From NCBI GenBank assembly GCA_965153455.1, contig OZ234493.1, positions 7,802,213-7,866,212 on the forward strand: 64,000 bases of DNA, read 5' to 3'. Each line of letters begins with the position of its first letter. The first letter of the stretch is position 1. This stretch comes from Sphagnum compactum (Eukaryota). The position numbers were made by a program, and so were the translations under genes. Below, one piece after another: positions 26,835-39,063 of this stretch. The notes below the pieces were generated by a model. The model was not told where the DNA came from. It made no database searches and worked only from the letters and a program-made list of their open reading frames with translations.

Positions 26835-29800
26835 TAGGAACCGTGTGACTGGATCTCACCCAACACCACCTTTGCAAAGGCTCCTGTTCCGCTGTTGGTC
26901 CTAGTCCCAGTTTCACTCAATATGTGGACATCATTCGTATTCCAGAAGACATACCACAAGTGTCAGCTTTGGTGGACTCCGGCGCCACCTCTTCTTTCAT
27001 CGACCAAACATTTGTCGTCCAACACAACATCCCTGTGGTCAAGAAGTCAACCCCTGTTCCGGTAGAGGTTATTGATGGGAGAACCATTGCTTCTGGTGCA
27101 ATCACATACGAGACAACCCCCAATCAGAACCAACACCTGTCAAACTTCCCGAGAAGTACAAGGACTTTGTTGATGTTTTTGAAAAGATTAATGCTGATCA
27201 GCTCCCCACCCATAGTCCATATGACTGCCCAATTGATCTAGAAGAAGGACACTCACCACCCTTTGGTCCTATCTATGGCCTATCGGAATCGGAACTCCAA
27301 GCCCTGTGTGATTACCTTACTGAAAATCTTGCCAAGGGGTTCATTTAGCATTCCAAGTCTCCAGCCGGCGCCCCAATTTTGTTTGTCAAGAAGAAGGTTT
27401 GTTCCCTTCGACTCTGTGTGGATTATCGTGGACTCAACAAGATAACCAAAAAGAATCAATATCCCTTGCCCTTGATTTCAGGTCTCCTAGATCGACTACG
27501 TACCGGGAAGATCTTCACCAAGATTGACCTCCGTGGAGCCTACAACTTACTCAGGATTCGCCCCGGTGATGAATGGAAGACAACTTTCCGCACATGTTAC
27601 GGCCACTTCGAATACACGGTCATGCCCTTCGGCCTCACCAATGCACCCGCACAGTCTTTCAGCATCTGATGAATGATATCTTCCGGGATTACATGGACGA
27701 ATTTGTCGTGGTCTATTTGGATGACATTTTAATCTTTTCCAAGGACCAGGAAACCCATGACAAACATGTATGATTGGTGCTTGCGACGCTCCGGGAGCAT
27801 GGCTTATACGCCAAGTTGGAAAAATGTGAATTCGACAAATCTTCAGTGGCGTTCCTTGGCTACGTGATCTCTCCAAATGGCATTTTCATGGACAAGTCAA
27901 AGGTCAAGACCATCCAGTGTTGGGCTACTCCATCCTCGGTCAAGGACGTTCAACGCTTCCTAGGGTTTGCCAACTTCTATCGTCGGTTTATCAAAGGCTA
28001 CTCCAAGATCACAACACCGTTAATAACCCTGACTTGCAAAGACAAGCCCTTCTCGTGGAATCCAACGGCCCAAGCTGCTTTTGATACTCTCAAGATGGCA
28101 TTCACCTCTGCACCCATCTTGATACATCCCGATCCTGCCAAGCCATTCATTGTGGAAACGGACGCTTCAGATTTTGCCTTGGGAGCTATTCTATCTCAAT
28201 TTGGAATAGATGGGTTGCTGCATCCAGTTGCTTTCTATTCACGGAAGTTAACCAGTGCCGAAATCAACTACCAGGTCTACGATAAGGAACTCCTGGCAAT
28301 CATCACGGCATTCGAGCAGTGGAGACCGTATCTTGCCGGAGCTCAACATCGAGTCCAAGTTCTGACAAATCACAAGAATCTCCTTTATTTCACAACTACT
28401 CGGACCTTAAATCGTCGCCAGGCACGCTGGTCTATTTTCCTAGCTGATTTCGACTTTGAGATTCAGTATCAACCCGGCACCCAGCAAGGGAAAGCTGACG
28501 CGCTATCTCGTCATTCAGAATATGAACTTCGAGCAGGGGATGAGGCCTACGGCCAGCAGAACCAGACTTTATTCAACCCCGAGCAATTTCGAGTTGCAGC
28601 AACAATCAGCACCCTCCTAGACTCATACCTTGTTAGGGACATCAAGATGGCAACTGAGGAAGACACCTGGGCTACCAACATCAAGAAGGAACGACCAAGG
28701 AACCCAAATCGTGATGACTTGGATCAGTTTGAGCAGCAAGACGGACTTCTCCTTCGAAATAACCTGATTTATGTACTCGAAGGACCTATACGCCTAAAAA
28801 TCCTGAGAGAATGCCACGACAACACCCTGGCGGGTCACTTTGGAATGGCACGGACTCACGAACTAGTGTCAAGGACTTACTGGTGGCCCAAAATGAACAA
28901 GATGCTACGGGAGTATGTCAAGTCTTGTGATACATGTGCTCGATCCAAGGCTCCCAGGCATCGCCCGTTTGGACTCCTACAGCCTCTGTCGATTCCTAGC
29001 CGACCTTGGGGATCTATTGCAATGGACTTCATCACGGACCTCCCTACTGTCAGAACCAAGAATTCAATACTGGTTGTGGTCGATCGACTCACCAAAATGG
29101 CCCATTTCACCCCTTGTTCCAAGTCAATCACGGCAGAAGAGACAGCTCAGTTAATTCTGGACGGGATCGTCCGACTGCATGGACTCCCCGAGGAAATTAT
29201 GTCCGACAGAGGTCCTCAGTTTGCATCCAAGTTCTGGCATCGTCTATTCGAGCTTTTTGGAGTTGACATTCGGCTATCTTCAGCTTTCCACCCTGAGACA
29301 GATGGACAAACCGAACGGACAAACCAGACACTCGAACAATACTTTCACTGCACTGTGAACTACCAACAGGACGACTGGCTGGACCTATTATCTCAAGCAG
29401 AGTTTGCTTATAATAACACAACACACGCATCGACCGGGATCAGTCCATTATTTGCCAATTACGGTTTTCATCCCAGGTTCAGCCTTGAAATTCCTGGAGA
29501 CTTCGTAAACCCCTCGGCTGAAGAAAGGGCCACGAGGCTTGGACAGGTTCAACAGAACCTTATGGCAGAACTCAAGTTAACACAGGAGTGGCAAAAGAAG
29601 CAAGCAGACCGCCGACGCAAGGACCATCCAAACTTCAAGGTTGGAGACAAGGTCTGGCTTCTCAAAAAGAACATTGCTACCACTCGCCCATGTGCCAAGT
29701 TGGATTACAAGCGCCTCGGACCTTTCAAAATCGCCAAATTGGTTGGTCTAGTGGCTTGCCAATTGGAGCTTCCACCCCAGTTCAAAATCCACAATGTTTT

Positions 29801-30098
29801 CCATGTCTCCCTGCTTGAGCCCTATCATGAAAACCCGATCCCAGAACGTCATCAAGAACCCCCAGCTCTAGTCGAAATTGAAGGCCAAGAAGAGTTTGAA
29901 GTTCAGGAGGTCTTGGACTCCAAGAAGATTCGTGGAAAGCTCCTGTACCTTGACTTTTGGCGAGGTTATCCTCCTTCTGAAGCTACTTGGGAGCCTGCTG
30001 GAAACCTAGTTCATGCCCAAGACTTAGTTAATCGGTTTCACCAACGGTATCCTAACAAACCGGCTCCATCTGGAAAATGTCGCTTGAGGAGAGGATAA
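26810..30098 (+). pseudogene. pol: pol (PR-RT-RH-IN-chromodomain), disrupted
   Basis: Starts in the -1 frame relative to gag. Internal deletion near 27120 removes the C-terminal half of the protease; stops at 26846, 27346 and 27771; frameshift near 27650. 27774-30098 is open and ends in chromodomain EFEVQEVLDSK...YLDFWRGYPPSEATWEP. Confidence 0.92.
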
Positions 30099-30328
30099 TG
30101 TCATGGCCTAGGATATTTTGGGATACTTTTGGCAATATCATGGCCTAGGATATTTTGGGATACTTTTGGCAATATCATGGCCTAGGATATTTTGGGACTA
30201 GTATGGCTCAGGGTTATAAAAGGAGATAGTCTGGGGAACAACCCTTCAGCAGATCAACACTAGTTGATGGGTCAATAAAGCTTGTTTTGTCTTGTAATTC
30301 TCCACTTGTTTGTAGTCGATCCATAACA
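30099..30328 (+). repeat. 3' LTR (230 bp)
   Basis: TGTCATGG...CCATAACA inverted termini directly after the PPT; internal 37-bp tandem repeat (30101, 30138, 30175), TATAAAA near 30215, AATAAA near 30275. Confidence 0.9.
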
Positions 30329-31920
30329 TTGGGTGTGCCAATGGGTTCTCAAGACTTTGCCACACATTTTTTGAATGAAATTTTATCTCAAAACGTGGCG
30401 CATATCAATGATCTTCCTTTCTTGGGAAATGCCCATGCTGCTTTGGGCATTTTGTCCTCATGTATAATTCATCGAGCTTTTTTTCTCACACGGACAATAC
30501 CTCCTTCTTCCTTCTTATTTCTTTTGGCGAGTTTTGACAAAAGAATTATGCAAGTATGTGAGGACATTATGGATCCAAGATCGTGGGAGTTCTTTCAGGG
30601 CCCTTTAACGAGGCATTAAACTCGACTACCAATATCCTTTGGTGGTATAGGCCTTATTTCTATGGAAGTTTGTGCCCCATCTTTTTTTCTAGGGAATTGG
30701 GTTCTAATGGCTTTATATTTGTGCTCTAGGTTTCATATTTTTTATAAACCCATTTTGGAAGAGTATGTTTTTCAAGTTGAAGGGGCCCCACACCTGCTTC
30801 AATCATATTTATGTGTAGTGCGAAATGGCCTTCTTATAACTAGGGAGATGCACCCTTCTTTTGAAAGTCTCGCAATTACTGGAGCCCTAAGTCTACTAGC
30901 ATCTCTAATGGACATCCACCATGACACATCCCTTAGGTCTATCTTGGAAGATGACTCCATTTCCTCAACATTCAAATTTCATATTCGTTCTTGTTCGGGC
31001 AAAAGGGTAGGGCTATGGTTGGTTGCTAGGCCATCTATCCGTTCATTTCGCATCACACACTCTACATTCACTTCAACGTTACGTTTTTGTCTTAATTTGA
31101 TTCAACCCTCGGCATCTAGTCTTCTCACATGTGAGTGTGGACACAGGTTGGATGCATCTGGCACAAATTTAACTCGTTGCTCATTTGGAGGTCAACAAAT
31201 AACCACACATGACGCCATCCAAGATGTCATGTATGCCCTTGCTCGATAAAGTGGGCACGTTATATAGAAAAAGCGGTGGTACGTCCTTAGGTCAAGAATT
31301 TCATTATGAGCCAATCTCTACATCACATGAAAGGACCAAGTCTTTGTTGCTAATGTGGTGGTTACTAACCCATTGCGAGAAACAGTGGCTTCAAGTGTCA
31401 TTAGTCAACTAGCAAGTGCAGTTGCAAAACTTAGTGTCATTACTAAAATTTGCAAGTATAGAAGGTTTCATGAGGGGCACCACTTTATTCCAATGGCCAT
31501 GGAGATGCATGGCGCACTTGAGCGTGATATGAATCGTTTCATTACGGGAATGTGCTCATCTTTTTCCACAATAAATGATCAGGAAGTTATTTATCCTTGT
31601 ATTTTTGCATTTAATTTTTTAAGCAACGTGTTAGTATGCTCTTCAAAGTGTTTTAACCTATGCTATAAAGAGGAAGATTGCGTTGGCAAGTGATGCATAT
31701 TCTAGACCTCCCATTACTATTAGATTTCACGATTTGCATGCGAATGACATTAGAAAGACTGTGGGTGAGATAACTTCCTACCACAAATGGGACTAGTTCT
31801 CCCTTTTTTTGGTTCCCGCGGGTTGTGCATCTTTTGGCCTTTCTTTGGCCTTCCCTTTTTGTTTCCCCTATGATGGTTCCGACCATCGATCTTTTTTCGG
31901 AAAATAATTAATTAAAAAAA
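30329..31920 (+). mobile_element. 3' part of the degenerate CRE-like non-LTR retrotransposon (RT thumb, Zn motif, restriction-like endonuclease, A-rich tail)
   Basis: LGVPMG...LPISFGGIGL...WLVARPS...CECGHRLDASGTNLTRCSFGGQQITTHDAIQD...VVVTNP...KICKY...FIPMAMEMHG; ends aaaataattaattaaaaaaa. Confidence 0.75.
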
Positions 31921-33385
31921 TTGGTGGTAAATTAAGTTTCATGTCTTTCCTTTTTCCTAAACACTTCTACTATTACATATATTTTCACTTCTCCTACATA
32001 GAGGACTATTATAAATACTCTCAAACCTTGTGCATTAAATGCTGAGTTTCAGCGTTTCATACTGAGATTTAATAAAAACTTACTTTGCGAATACCATTGA
32101 AAATGGGAATAAGAGGGTGAAAGTAGGCCCAAATAAAGGGTGAAGACAAGGTGACTTTATAGACCAAATATTAAAGTGAAAACTTATTAAAATTCTTTTA
32201 TATCCTGGTTACTTACTTGAACAATGTGTAGAATCATGGTGATTTTTTAGAATTCTTTTCAATTTTTGGTGATTTTTTATAAAATAAAATATTCAACCAA
32301 AAAAATTTTGAAAAAAAATTTACCAAATGACAAAAATTCACCACAAAAACTGCTGAATAAGATGGTGGAAAACCTCATGAAATGCACAATAAATATGATC
32401 AAAATACCTTAAGGGGCACTTTTAAAAGATTTTCTTATTATGATTTTGATCAATTGTAATGATTAGCCCAAATGTAACAACTTAAATGGTCTCTTACTTT
32501 TAATAGTAAAAGACCATTTTTTTTTTGGGGTATTTAATTACTTTTTGATGTTTATGGGTGGGACATTGAACATTAAGTTTTCTAGAAGGTACACTTTATG
32601 AATATTGGATGAAGATGCTCTAAGAACCTTTTTTTGGGGGGACATTTTTCTACCAAAAAATTGAGAAATTTTTGGAGGATTTGGGTTTTCTAATGCAAAT
32701 TCCACTAATTTTTTCTATATTTGGGGGAAATTTTCGTCAAATTTTTAAGATTAAAAATTTGGGGAAAAACCTCCCCGCTCCCAACTAACCAAATAGTGGA
32801 CGACCACCCATTGGACGAACATCCTACTTGCATTACTTTCTTTTCTCCTTTACTAAATTTTCTTGGGTTGTCTTTGCCTCAAAGCCGACACCAATGAGGA
32901 AACCCGGTTGAAAGTTTCGACATTCGGATTGAGTGGTGTGGATGACTCATGTATGAATTCCATTGAATATCTTCTGTATTCTAAATGATGAAAGTGCCTG
33001 GGTGTGGATGAATTATGGACAGCCCAGTTCAATCTTCCTATATTCTAATGTGGATGATTCACTGACAACCCCAGCAACTGGATTTTTCCACCTTCTGTAT
33101 GGATTTAAGTAGCATGGATGATGTGACAATCGTTATTTACAAAGACACTAGCATGGATGGATGAAATCATAGAACTCATAGGTATGCATCCATCTCCTTT
33201 CTAGAGGCGGATAAGTAGAGAGTAGTGAGTGCCAAAGGATGCATCATGACTCGCTTTGATACCGAACCCATCTCATCTAGTGTTGTTGGCAGGGCTCATG
33301 ATAGGTATCATGCGTAGCTGGAGATGTGTACCTAATGGAGTGTCAAAACAAACTTATGAATTTGGTGGGGGATGGATGAACATAG

Positions 33386-33415
33386 TTTAAGGTTTAGGGT
33401 TTAGGGTTTAGGGTT
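33386..33415 (+). repeat. Short interstitial plant telomeric repeat (TTTAGGG) x ~4
   Basis: tttaaggtttagggtttagggtttagggtt. Confidence 0.7.
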
Positions 33416-35104
33416 CAAAATTTGAGAACCACTTAGGGATTTTTTTTTGGTTTTATTCACCTGGTGGTGCTTGCAAAGGATTCTTCACCCTTTCGGGTTT
33501 GTGCTAATCCACATAAGTGCCTTGCATTTCAGACATTAAGAAAAATGGAAGGCCAAGTTCACTGAAATAAGGGACAAATATGAGAGAAAGCGAGAGAGAC
33601 CGACGGTGTCAATTTCCACATATTGAGTCAATCATTATGGTTGGCCAATCAAATATAATATGAGCAAATTTTTTATTCGTTGTGGTCTTTCAAGGCTCTT
33701 CTAGGGTTTTTGAAAATATGTGCAAATTTTCTCAAGCCCAATTTTAGCTTTTTGATGAAATCCGTCGAATGTATAGATACATATTTCTTTCATCCAAAAA
33801 TTTGGAGTTTAGAGCATTTTAGAGTTGTTGTTGCTAGAGATATTATGAATAACTCTAAAACAACAACATTTATTATAGAGTTATTATGCACAACTTGTGT
33901 TTTGGTCAAACCCAATCTTCCCGCACCCAGTTCCATTGGATATTATGAATAAACTCTAATGTATCTCAATGCTTTTTACACTAGTTGCTTGGACTGATGC
34001 TTGTCGGTTGCTCTCTTTTGGACATCACACATGATAATAAAAAAAATGCCTCATAATTCAAGCACTTCCTAGACTTGTTCTCAATATCAATATAAACTAT
34101 GTCCATCAATGCACAATATCATACTAGGAACACTTGTGTTGATACCAATACCTCACAAATTCAAAATATATTCAGAATATATCACACATAAGATTTGTAC
34201 TGGTCCCCTAGTACTAGTTTATTATGGGTGTTGAATTTTTGGAGATCCCTATATTTTAGGATTAGACTTGTATACCAAAATCATGAAATTGGACTTGTAT
34301 CACTTGTAATTACTGTTAAAAACTAAATAAAAGCAATGCAAATATCATGGCTTGACCCTTTGTCTATATACACATGAATTGAGAGTAGAAAGGTGTAGAA
34401 AGGATGGGGGAAAGCTTTGTCATGAAGCTTAGTCCAAACTGGATGGGTCAGGCTTACCTTGGTACCCACCAACAACATTAACTAGGAACTCCTTTGGTGG
34501 CCTGAAACCAATAGAATCACACCATCAAGCATTGGAGGCAAACATGCTCAACCAAGTTTATCAATTAATTTTTTACTCAACATAGAAGAACCTCTCATCT
34601 TCAATGACTCCATAGAGTTCAATCAAGATACAAATTCAAGATGCAATTTCAAAACACTCAATTGCAAAACTACCACCAAACATATGCAAATAACCACCCT
34701 TCCAATTGAAGTCCATCTTTTGTAGAGGCTTTTCATTGCTCGGGAAACTTCATCTTGGAACAAAATAAGCTAAGCAGTCTCTACAAGAAGAACTGCATGG
34801 GTGACCCATTTTGATCTCATTTCCTTACACATATTGAGAATAGAAAGAGCTGTAAGTATCAAGCTGTTGGTTATTGGAGAAGCTGCAAACCTCTTACGAC
34901 ATGGTACACTAAACACAGATCCCAATTGTTGGATATTTAGTGAACTGCACCATAGAACTAGGTAAAGAAAAGAATGGACAACTATGCAGGAGCCCATAAA
35001 GAAAGAAAACTTCTTGACCATCAGTAACTAAAATGTTTCCATAAAGAACTCTACTTTGCAGATTAGAGATATACCTCCCCATTGTCAATCCATTTGTCTA
35101 CAGT

Positions 35105-38100
35105 CTAGATTGTGGACCTCCCAAACCAAGTACACAAAAATACAGAGCTCAAAGCAAAATGCAAATCTGTGATAACAACTGATGGGTCTTGATGGGTGCT
35201 TGAGTTCCATAAGTCTGTGAATGGGATACAAAGGTTCATGGAAATACTGATTCCTTGCTTCTCATCATGTACAGCCATATGCATCCTCTCTCCATCCATT
35301 CCGGGTGGACCATACTGCTTCCCATAAAATCCCCACACAAAAATCACTTCACATTTTCAATACCCACACATCTTTGGAAATCCCTCATCAGAAGTTGAGC
35401 CAGCAGAGTCCTTTTTTTTAAAAGGAATGCACAATGTGGAACTTACCTCCACAGTAGCCAATGTAGCTGCCTCAGTGCAAACTGCACGAGTGCAGTGCCA
35501 TGCAATCTCAGAACCTTCATCCCAGAGTGTGAAGTCTAGCATAAAAACACCTCTTAACTCTCCTGAGAATACTTCGGCCTTCCATGGTGAATTCAGCACT
35601 CCTGGAAATGATTCATGCTTCATCTGAAAAAAAACAAATTCATTCCATCATTGGGTGATTTACAGATTGTTCTATAACAAAGCAGCTCCTATTAGGTCAT
35701 CAAACTCACCCAAAAAAAAAAATTCTGATACAAATCATCTGGTTCTTACAGAAGAGATTAGAAGAAAAACTGCTTTTTCTCCTGCAATTGAATCCTGAGA
35801 ACTCCAAAACACCTGGGAAACACACCAAACATCACCAGGATCAACCAGGAGTGATAAGCAATATATGAGATTGTCCCTGGTCTCTGTTCTGCCTTTCAGG
35901 TGAGCAGAAAAGGCTACAGACAAATTCATCAACATCTCTTCAGGCAACTTTTTGATGATAAGTATGCCAAACACCTGAGGAAAGTCCTGGGTCCAACAAA
36001 GCCTTCTGAATGTATGGAGCTGAATGCTAACATGCCAGCCATGCAGTCCTGCCACAGCATTGCAGATCATCACTTTCACTATACCCTTGGGTTGGGGAAA
36101 GTCCAAGGTGTATATGACATGTTTGTACACAATCATATGGTTTAGGAAAACACATGTGAAAAGGAACAGCATGAACCAACAATGTAGCAGATGGCCTTAG
36201 CCAACTCTGCATGCAATCACTCATCAACACCATGCTTAAGAAAATTTCTTTTTTGCTGTGGATTTTCTGTGTTTTCATGGTTCTATTCGATAAGCAAAGT
36301 TAGTGCATTTTGACTAGAACATTGGATGATTGAAGCATTACCATAGATTGGATCGTCACTAGGGAAAATCCGATGTCCCAGTTGAGATGTTGGGCTTCCA
36401 CCAAGCTCCAACATCTTCCAAATGAGATCACTCAGGTGAAGACTGACCATTACAAGCAGCACCTGTTCCTGGCTGTGCTCTGAGCTACTGGATATCTCTG
36501 TCGAGTATACGCCTTCAAATAATGTGCCAACCATCAGCGATGCACTGCTTGAGCTACAATGCTGTACAAGGCAGAGAGGGCCTGGACTAGCCCCAGCCTT
36601 TGACACCATCTCCCAATTCTGCCCTGTCTACCTTCCCTGTCAAGATGCAACCTCTTATGCACTTAACACTTGCTAAGAGAACTCACTTCAGGAACTTTGG
36701 TTTTCCATTCCTAGTTTTGTTACAGAAAAAGGCAGATATATATGCTTCATACACAAGGATACGAAACTGGCAACAGTAACTGTTCGTAGAAGCTTGTTAC
36801 TTGTTGCCATCACCTGTACCATCACAAAACACATCTTAGAACACAAACAATTCTCACAACTGCCTGTTCACAAAGGTCTTGGAAGCAAGGACAAGTTCAC
36901 CTTGACAGAGTTGAGCGACTCAAGGGTGATACCACCCCTACTACTGGCTTTTGTGGGATACCGCAAAAGACAAGATGCAGGAAAATACACCACATTCGCC
37001 TTTCCTGCCAGAACAAAAAAAATTGCAACTATGGGATTGGAATCAGTAAGCTATGGACCAAGACTGAACCACTAAACCTATAAACAGAGATGAAGGCTTG
37101 ATTAAAGTGCAAGAATTTATGGAACCTTTGAGTCGAACTGGTTGATCACGGTTGATGCATACATGAAATGTTAAGCTTAAACGCTCCATCAGCTTCCGCA
37201 TTGTGTTGCCCGGTACACAATCTTTCACTGCACTAACCCATTGCAAGTCACGAAAAAAAAACCAACAATGAAAGCTCCCAGCCATTCCTTTTGATAACTT
37301 GTACTGCATGTTTGTACCTTTCAAATCATACTAACAGTAGACATTGCTTCTAAACATCTGCAAAAGGACCCATTCAAAGTTTCACATCATATTGGAGGAT
37401 TCCAATGACTCCTATACCTCAGCTCAAGTCAATACAATCCTCAACCATAAATCCTCCCTCTGGCCTTAGTCTATTCACATCTAATCCTAATTGTATAACA
37501 GAATTCCAACATTTTGTCAGGTTTTCATGTAACAAGACCAACCCTTGGCACCAATGATTATGAGGAGCATCCAAGTGGGACCAGGTGTCATTAGCCCATA
37601 CAGTACAGTGGAAGCTTACACACCATGTTTGCTAAATCTGTCAGGTATCCTCCGAACATGAATCCAGGATTTGTTCACGGCATGCATTATCTCTTCTGAT
37701 AAAATCTTTTGTTTCTGCATGCAAGCAATTAAACACTTCATTCAGAGAGTGTTTCTGATAGGCAGACGATTCCCAGTTTGATAATTCTAATGACATGTCC
37801 CCTTGCAAATCATTGCTGAAAAAAAAAGGGGAGGAAAAAAAAAAAAAAACCACCTCTCCCCCTTTTAGTTTGTGGTGAAAAGAACTTGCAGACATTCAAG
37901 GTTACTCACTCCATGTGAGTATTTGAAAATGAATGCCTTCCGCCATGTGTCAAATCCATGAGGCAACAGTCCATGCTGTGATTGCAAGGTCATGGATTCT
38001 TTGTCACATGGTTGCCACCATTTCATGTACAAAGCTTTCCAGACCTGCACCACATCTACAACAGAGTATCATCAGAAATAATGGCCCTACCCCAAATCTT

Positions 38101-39063
38101 GAATGCTAATCCATCAACCCTACCCCTCAACTGTAAACAATAACCTCCAAATAAACTCCACATCCTTAAAAATCAGGATTCAAGAGTTTTACATCCTACA
38201 AATGTTGCTGGGAGGTATATGGAAGATCAGAGAAATCTCCCAAATATAAGACAAAGCTGAAGTCAAGATTCAAAGGAGCATAGGGCTCACTAGATCGGAG
38301 GAGGCAGCTTGTCGCCAGTGATGACAGACTGCAGCACAAGTAACAATATCGTACACAGACTCAAGTTTTTCAAAGCAGAGATAGAGGGAATCCAACGGCA
38401 AATTTGCTGCCACTCCCTTTGATTCCTCCTTCCTATTTGCAGATTGATCACTTGTTTTCTTGGTTGCACCCTGAGTTTTTGTTTGATTTTTCATGTGTTG
38501 CATCCCTACAATTCCAACCAACTCCTTTTTCCCTGTTTTCTTACTCTGTGAGCTAACTGTTGGGTTGCTTGATACTGGTACCCGAGACCCTGCTTTCTTG
38601 GCTGCTGATTGTGAACTGAAATTCTGGGAATTGAGTCTTTCTTGCTGGAGAGCTGAAGACACATCATTTCTGATGCCAAAAAAAAAACCCATGAAAACCA
38701 TTAGGACCTTGACCAGGAGCTGAAAATAAAAGTATTTACCATCCTTACACAGAAGAAGGCTCCAAAATGCAGGAGGCTACAAGAGACCTAGACTTTAGGG
38801 TTAGAAGTCAAAAGATTTAGGGTTTAAGCTTTTAGGATGAAGAAGTTAGTTTTGAGGTCTAGAACTTCAGGACAACTGATATACATATATATATAGGAAA
38901 AGAGAGAATTGAGTTACTTCGACGAGTTGGGTGCAGTGGATGATTCGGTAAGATTATCATGCAGACTGTTCAAATTGAAAGAGCTATCTGAAGAGCTTCC
39001 TGGCAAAGAGTATGGTGTATTGCGACGCCTTTGCAACTGTTTCTGCTGCCCTCCTCTGATCAT
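35105..39063 (-). CDS. FBXO15-like F-box protein, 12 exons, about 605 aa
   Basis: Phase-consistent GT-AG exons: 39063-38918, 38669-38291, 38044-37910, 37714-37620, 37232-37126, 37004-36901, 36813-36763, 36618-36342, 36048-35975, 35812-35750, 35623-35447, 35314-35105. F-box LPLDSLYLCFEKL...AAVCHHWRQAASSDL|VWKALY; C-terminal motifs DDPIYGLHGWHVSIQLH, PWKAEVFSG..FMLDFTLWDE, LCTWFG. The start codon and the exon 4/5 and 7/8 junctions are the least certain parts. Confidence 0.8.

Larger units (their letters stand above)
25375..30328 (+). mobile_element. Ty3/Gypsy chromovirus LTR retrotransposon (Tcn1-like), 5' LTR missing, inactivated
   Basis: Gag, protease (LVDSGAT), RT (VYLDDILIF), RNase H (ETDASDFALG), integrase (HHCC, core D residues, GPF) and chromodomain, followed by PPT gaggagaggataa and a TG...CA LTR. 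Confidence 0.95.

Noticed and set aside
33386-33415. Chromosome fusion or healing scar
   Set aside because: Too short; similar tttaggg snippets at about 3.8, 38.8 and 39.75 kb suggest ordinary telo-box or microsatellite sequence.
36901-37004. F-box gene as a pseudogene (one frame has TAG TAG TGA)
   Set aside because: The phase-1 frame is open and joins both neighbouring exons in phase.
37641-37895. 84-aa ORF as an exon of the F-box gene
   Set aside because: Phase-incompatible; the fitting exon is 37714-37620 in another frame.
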